From: Polyangiaceae bacterium
Lineage (GTDB): Bacteria; Myxococcota_A; Polyangia; Polyangiales; Polyangiaceae
NCBI GenBank assembly: GCA_965222375.1
Contig: CBDCTZ010000016.1
Coordinates: 352,001-416,000, forward strand
Length of the DNA: 64,000 nucleotides
Direction: 5' to 3'
The notes beneath the pieces are model-generated. The model was given only the letters and a program-made list of their open reading frames with translations, ran no database searches and had not been told where the DNA came from. The position numbers and the translations under genes were made by a program. Shown in pieces: positions 59,699 to 64,000 of this stretch; position 1 is the stretch's first letter; every line of letters begins with the position of its first letter.

Positions 59699-61468
59699 CT
59701 AGGAGCGTTTCACGCATAGCGCTTCGCCTCCGAGGTTCCAGGCGACCTGCGTTGCACCGATGGACAGCTCTTCCTGGTGATAGCGCATCCGCTTGTAGCT
59801 CAGCTGCTTGTCGATCGCGCCGGTCGGCAAGTCGACTCTCAATAGCTCGCCACCGTATCGGTCCTCCGTCCATGCGATCACCCACAGGGTGTCGCCATCT
59901 AGTGCCACCCCTTGAACGCGCCGTGCGAGTCCCAGTTTGCTCTGCTTTCCGCTTTCGCGATCGACGACGGTCACTTCGCGACCCGTCGTACACGCCAGGT
60001 GTCGCGCGTCGGCATCGAAACGTGGGTAAACGTAACTCTCGTCACCGGTGAAGCGGGCGATACGCCGAACCTTGCCCTTCGCATCCACGGTCACGATTTC
60101 CGATTGGTAGTTCGCACCCATGCTCCATGCGGGCGCGTGGGGTCGCCCCCAAATGGGCGCGGGACCCGGGATGCGCAGATCCCACGCGTGCAGCTCCTGC
60201 TCGGCCCAAGGTCGCTTCCGCCCGAGTTCGCGCACCACCGATGTCTCGCCCCGTTCGATCCACACCACGCGCTCGCTGGTGATGGCGAGGCACCGCACTT
60301 CGGGCCCGGTGGAGCACAGCGTTTCGACCGCGCCAGTTTCCAAGTCCACCTCGACAAGGTCGTGCTTGTCGAGTCGCGAAATGACGACACGCCGGCCATG
60401 GGCTGCGATGGCGCCCACAGACTTCAGATCGTTGCACAGCACGCGGCGCTCCCCGGGAGCCAGGAGCAGCAGTTCGGGGTTGTCTAGGGCGACGACCGTG
60501 CGCTGCCACTTGGGTACGTCGACAGCTACGACGAAGGCGAAGTCTCGCACGTTGTCGCTGCGTCCAATGCACGGGCCACCCGTTTTCGCCTCGAGGGGTG
60601 CAAGGCCTGCCTCGAGTCGTGCGCACGCGTCTGCATCCCCATGGCTGCGCGTCACCTTCCGCAACCGCGTCGCGAGGGTGTCGCTCACCATGCGACGTTC
60701 TTTGGGTTGCGCGTCCCAGCGCGCCAGAAAACGTGCAGCCCCGAATAGCTCGCCCTCGCTGCGCGCCGTTTCGGCTGCCTGAATGACTCGCTCGGTACCG
60801 AGCTCGAGAAGCAGTGCAGATGCCACGCCTTCGTAGCTGGGGAATCCACTCCAGGGGCCGAGACCGGCCGAGTACCATGCGAGCAGCGCGCGCGCGGAAT
60901 CGCCATCAGCCGCATCGAGGCGCGCCAGCGCTTCGTGCACATCAGGATCTCCCGGGCGCAAGAGCCGCCCGCCGCTATCGCCCTCGAGCTTGGGCAGAAA
61001 TTCGCGCAGGGGTTCCGGCGTCGCTCGGAGCCAGCGCTTGCGCGCTTTGGCAGAGCGATCCGCCGCTTGGCGATCTTCTTCAAATGCTTCTAAGGGTTCC
61101 TTCAGGCCCTGGTCCGCCAAGAACCGCAGCAAGCCCTCTCCGTCTTGGAGCAACTCATCTGACGATCGGCCATCGATGCGGATCGAGCGACCGTGATGCA
61201 GGCCCACGGTCGTCAGGGGCGCGTCGCCCTCGAAGAGCTCGATGCCCCAATCCCCCAGGCACATGCAATGGAAGGGCTCCTTGACGGGGACGACCTGCAG
61301 CCGTTCTACCAATTCGCGAGCTTTGCTACCCGAAAGCTCCAGTGCAACGCGCTTGCCCAGTGCAACGCCACGCGCCACTCCACCCTCGATGATCCGCGCC
61401 CGCGTGGCTGACGAAAACAGCGTGTCGGCCTCGCTGCTGGGTCGCTTGCGCTTCCACCACCAAATCAT
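59699..61468 (-). CDS. Hypothetical protein with propeller-like C-terminal region
   Basis: 589-aa ORF; FHCMCLGD and GPWSGFPSYE motifs. Confidence 0.7.
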   Translation of the reverse strand: MIWWWKRKRPSSEADTLFSSATRARIIEGGVARGVALGKRVALELSGSKARELVERLQVVPVKEPFHCMCLGDWGIELFEGDAPLTTVGLHHGRSIRIDGRSSDELLQDGEGLLRFLADQGLKEPLEAFEEDRQAADRSAKARKRWLRATPEPLREFLPKLEGDSGGRLLRPGDPDVHEALARLDAADGDSARALLAWYSAGLGPWSGFPSYEGVASALLLELGTERVIQAAETARSEGELFGAARFLARWDAQPKERRMVSDTLATRLRKVTRSHGDADACARLEAGLAPLEAKTGGPCIGRSDNVRDFAFVVAVDVPKWQRTVVALDNPELLLLAPGERRVLCNDLKSVGAIAAHGRRVVISRLDKHDLVEVDLETGAVETLCSTGPEVRCLAITSERVVWIERGETSVVRELGRKRPWAEQELHAWDLRIPGPAPIWGRPHAPAWSMGANYQSEIVTVDAKGKVRRIARFTGDESYVYPRFDADARHLACTTGREVTVVDRESGKQSKLGLARRVQGVALDGDTLWVIAWTEDRYGGELLRVDLPTGAIDKQLSYKRMRYHQEELSIGATQVAWNLGGEALCVKRS

Positions 61469-61591
61469 CCCGAAGCCATGATGTCACGACCCGCTCAGTA
61501 CCGACACATCTGCTAGCGAAGCGCAATGCGAGAGCAGAAACCCGCGCGACCGTGGCGGCGGCGCGACTGCAGTTGCCGACTGCGCGCGCCT

Positions 61592-62605
61592 CTACTCTGG
61601 CATCGTCGCGTCGACGGCTCTCTGGATGTCCTGGTCGATGCGTCCGTAGTGGGCGATGCGAACGTCCAGCTCGCGATTGCGCATAAGCGACAAGGCGCGA
61701 CGGATGGCGCTGGCGATCCAGCGCTTGTCGTTGCCGAAGGCGCCGCCACCGAGAAAGGTGAGCCATACCTTGCCGGAGCCGCGGCCCCGTTCTGCATCGA
61801 GGGTGGCGGCCAAGAGCGTCGCTTCGTAGGCCGCATCGAGGACGAGCGTTGCGAGGGGTTCCCAGAGCTCGAGGCCACCGCCGGTGTAGCCACACGGCAG
61901 CGCAGAGCAGAACGCTTGAGAGACTCGCGACGGCTGCTGTGGCTCGACGAATCGCCGCTCGAAGGTGACGCCGACGTCCCGATGCAAGCCGATCTTCACA
62001 TGACCGAGCAACTCATCGCGATCGAACTTCGCTAGCGCAGCGGCAAGCCGCTCCAAGCGGCTCACGTCCGAGAAGGTGTAGCCGTTCCTGATCTCCACGC
62101 AGCTTCCGTCCGGCCCCAAGCACGCTTGCACTTGGTCGAGGTTGTTCAGTTGACGATCCCGCGTCTGTCCCATGGCGCCGTCCACTTCCACGAAGTAGTT
62201 GCGCACCACCGTTGCAGCCCCAGCTGCGAGAGCGCAGGCAGGGCCCTGGGTTGGGTCGTCGTCATATTGCGTGACGCCGTCCTCGGGCAGCTCTTCGGGT
62301 CCAGCGAACTCCAAGCAATTGAACTGCGAGGCCGCTTGAAACATGGCGCCTTCGTTTTCCGGCAAGGCGTGTAACTCCAACACGTCCCCGATGGCTTCGT
62401 GCTGCACCCGCAGCCGACCTTTGCGAAGGCCAGTGGCGCCCGCACGCAATGCTGCCAAGGAGGGCGTCGAGAAATGACCGGCTGAAAAGGCCCGACCGTT
62501 CACCGTGGAGCGGAGCTGGTCACCCTCCAGCACGAAGCGCCCCTGCGTTTCCTGATAAGGCCCCTCGCGAAACCCGAACAGCTGCTCGAACCAAGTCACG
62601 CCCAC
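61592..62605 (-). CDS. Hypothetical protein, possible macrodomain/PARG-like fold
   Basis: QAASQFNCLE, DPTQGPAC, LTFLGGGAFGN. Confidence 0.7.
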   Translation of the reverse strand: MGVTWFEQLFGFREGPYQETQGRFVLEGDQLRSTVNGRAFSAGHFSTPSLAALRAGATGLRKGRLRVQHEAIGDVLELHALPENEGAMFQAASQFNCLEFAGPEELPEDGVTQYDDDPTQGPACALAAGAATVVRNYFVEVDGAMGQTRDRQLNNLDQVQACLGPDGSCVEIRNGYTFSDVSRLERLAAALAKFDRDELLGHVKIGLHRDVGVTFERRFVEPQQPSRVSQAFCSALPCGYTGGGLELWEPLATLVLDAAYEATLLAATLDAERGRGSGKVWLTFLGGGAFGNDKRWIASAIRRALSLMRNRELDVRIAHYGRIDQDIQRAVDATMPE

Positions 62606-62657
62606 GGGTCGAATCCTAGCTCAGGCGGGCACCGGGAAGCTCGTCGCTTTGGGGAAC

Positions 62658-63449
62658 TCAGGGTTTCCGTGTCAGCTGCTCTTCGAGCTGTCGTACGCGT
62701 CGCTCGAGGTCGGCCTGCGCTGCGTGCGCTTGTCGTTCGGCTTCGCGCCCCTCCCGTTCCGCGGCTTGCGCCTCCAGGCGTGCTTCGCGCTCGGCGAGTC
62801 GCGCGTCCCGCTCGGCGCGTTGGGACTCTTCCGGCGAGAGCCAACGTCTGCTGCCCGCCGCATCGTCGCTCAGAACGACGCCCTGGGGCGTTACCCGCAC
62901 GCAGGCGTCGATGGTCGGCGAACGATACGCGTCGCCAGCGTACACGCGCGTGAAGCTGCCATGTTCGTCTATCCGCCACACCTGTAGCAAATGCGGTCCG
63001 CCGAAGCGCGCGGGCCCTGAGAGCTCGGCGTCGATCACCCAGAGCTCGCTCACGCCGCAGTCGGCGTAGCGCTCTTGGATATCCATGTAGTCCTCGTAGG
63101 GATGGGACTCGCTCACGACCTCGATCGCCAGAGACGGCACCGCATGCCCCGGTTTCCAGGTGCACAGGCTCTTCAACTTCCGAGCATCCGGTGGCGCAGG
63201 CTCGATCAACGCCACATCTGGATCGAGCCCGACGCGCGGATGCTCCTCCATCCAACGCAGAGCCAGATTTCGAACCACCAGAGCGTCGCGCTTCTCGCGC
63301 TCGACCCAAGCGGTGAGCAATGCCACCAGGTACGTGACGAGCAAGTCGTGGGCGTGGGACTCGGGCACCGGAACCTCGGGCAGCACCCAAGCGTCCGCCC
63401 GCGGCGTTAGCCGGTAGGAAAGTTCGATCAGTCGCGGCTCGCTCACCAT
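62658..63449 (-). CDS. Uma2 family endonuclease with coiled-coil tail (paralogue of 57527-58258)
   Basis: Near-identical N-terminal half and upstream DNA. Confidence 0.85.
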   Translation of the reverse strand: MVSEPRLIELSYRLTPRADAWVLPEVPVPESHAHDLLVTYLVALLTAWVEREKRDALVVRNLALRWMEEHPRVGLDPDVALIEPAPPDARKLKSLCTWKPGHAVPSLAIEVVSESHPYEDYMDIQERYADCGVSELWVIDAELSGPARFGGPHLLQVWRIDEHGSFTRVYAGDAYRSPTIDACVRVTPQGVVLSDDAAGSRRWLSPEESQRAERDARLAEREARLEAQAAEREGREAERQAHAAQADLERRVRQLEEQLTRKP

Positions 63450-64000
63450 GTCAGTGTACCGCGCGCGGAGGGCGCTGCTAGCCTCGCCTTTGCAGCGGAC
63501 GTGCCGATCCTGCGCGGACCCACAAAACCGGTTCTTCATGGGCGTTGAGGACGGTTGTCGCGTGGCGCCACGCGAATCTCGCCACTTGGCGGGTCGCCAG
63601 CACGGCAAGGGGAGCGGGGTCGCTGCCGTCTCGCTTGCGCTGCTGCGGGGCCGAGCAGCGCTGCCGCTGGAGGCCATTCGCGAGAAGTTCTGTTTCGTTT
63701 CGCAATGGGCCCAGCGCAAAACGGACTGGTGTTGCCGCCTGCCGCCAGGCAAGTTGCGGAGCGTGGCGGTCATTTTTGGGATCCTGCTGTTCGTCAATGT
63801 CGGCATGCCCGTGGGTTGGGTCGTGTGGATGCGGCGGCCGCGGGATCCGAGCAATGCAAGCAGCTTGGCAGCGTCGCCGTCCCCAGCCTTCGCCTACGCC
63901 CAGGAGCGCACAAGCCCTACCAAACGTGCAAGTCGATGACGGCGGCATCCGGCATATGCGCCCGGGGCCCAACTTGGCAGACGGGCCCCTTTTTGGACTT

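Noticed and set aside
63448..63939. Plus-strand ORF with a hydrophobic segment
   Set aside because: No recognisable motif and start unclear; insufficient support

Overview
High-GC bacterial DNA, most likely Myxococcota (Polyangia-like), judged from MYXO-CTERM-type C-termini, Cys-rich and Gly/Ala-linker lipoproteins and several Uma2 endonucleases. The dominant feature is a complete chromosomal integron. It has an intact integron integrase (23035-24009, +), an attI crossover at about 22668-22674 and a divergent cassette array running leftwards on the minus strand for about 18 kb. The array holds 18 full-length, closely related and unusually long attC sites (186-187 bp and 208-213 bp classes), 3 truncated attC sites and 1 short divergent attC. 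It contains apparently exact cassette duplications (one cassette x4, two cassettes x2), several toxin-antitoxin modules, an IS66-family element inserted in doc, and a tRNA-Ser 3' fragment fused to a broken attC. It decays towards the distal end. The right 40 kb is chromosomal: lipoproteins, hppA, manA, a Glu/Leu/Phe/Val dehydrogenase, an orphan DNA methyltransferase with a basic tail, an ECF sigma/anti-sigma pair, tandem MYXO-CTERM paralogues, a YyaL-AKR fusion, Uma2 paralogues and a small palindromic repeat family. All calls come from reading the sequence by eye; no database searches or folding programs were run.
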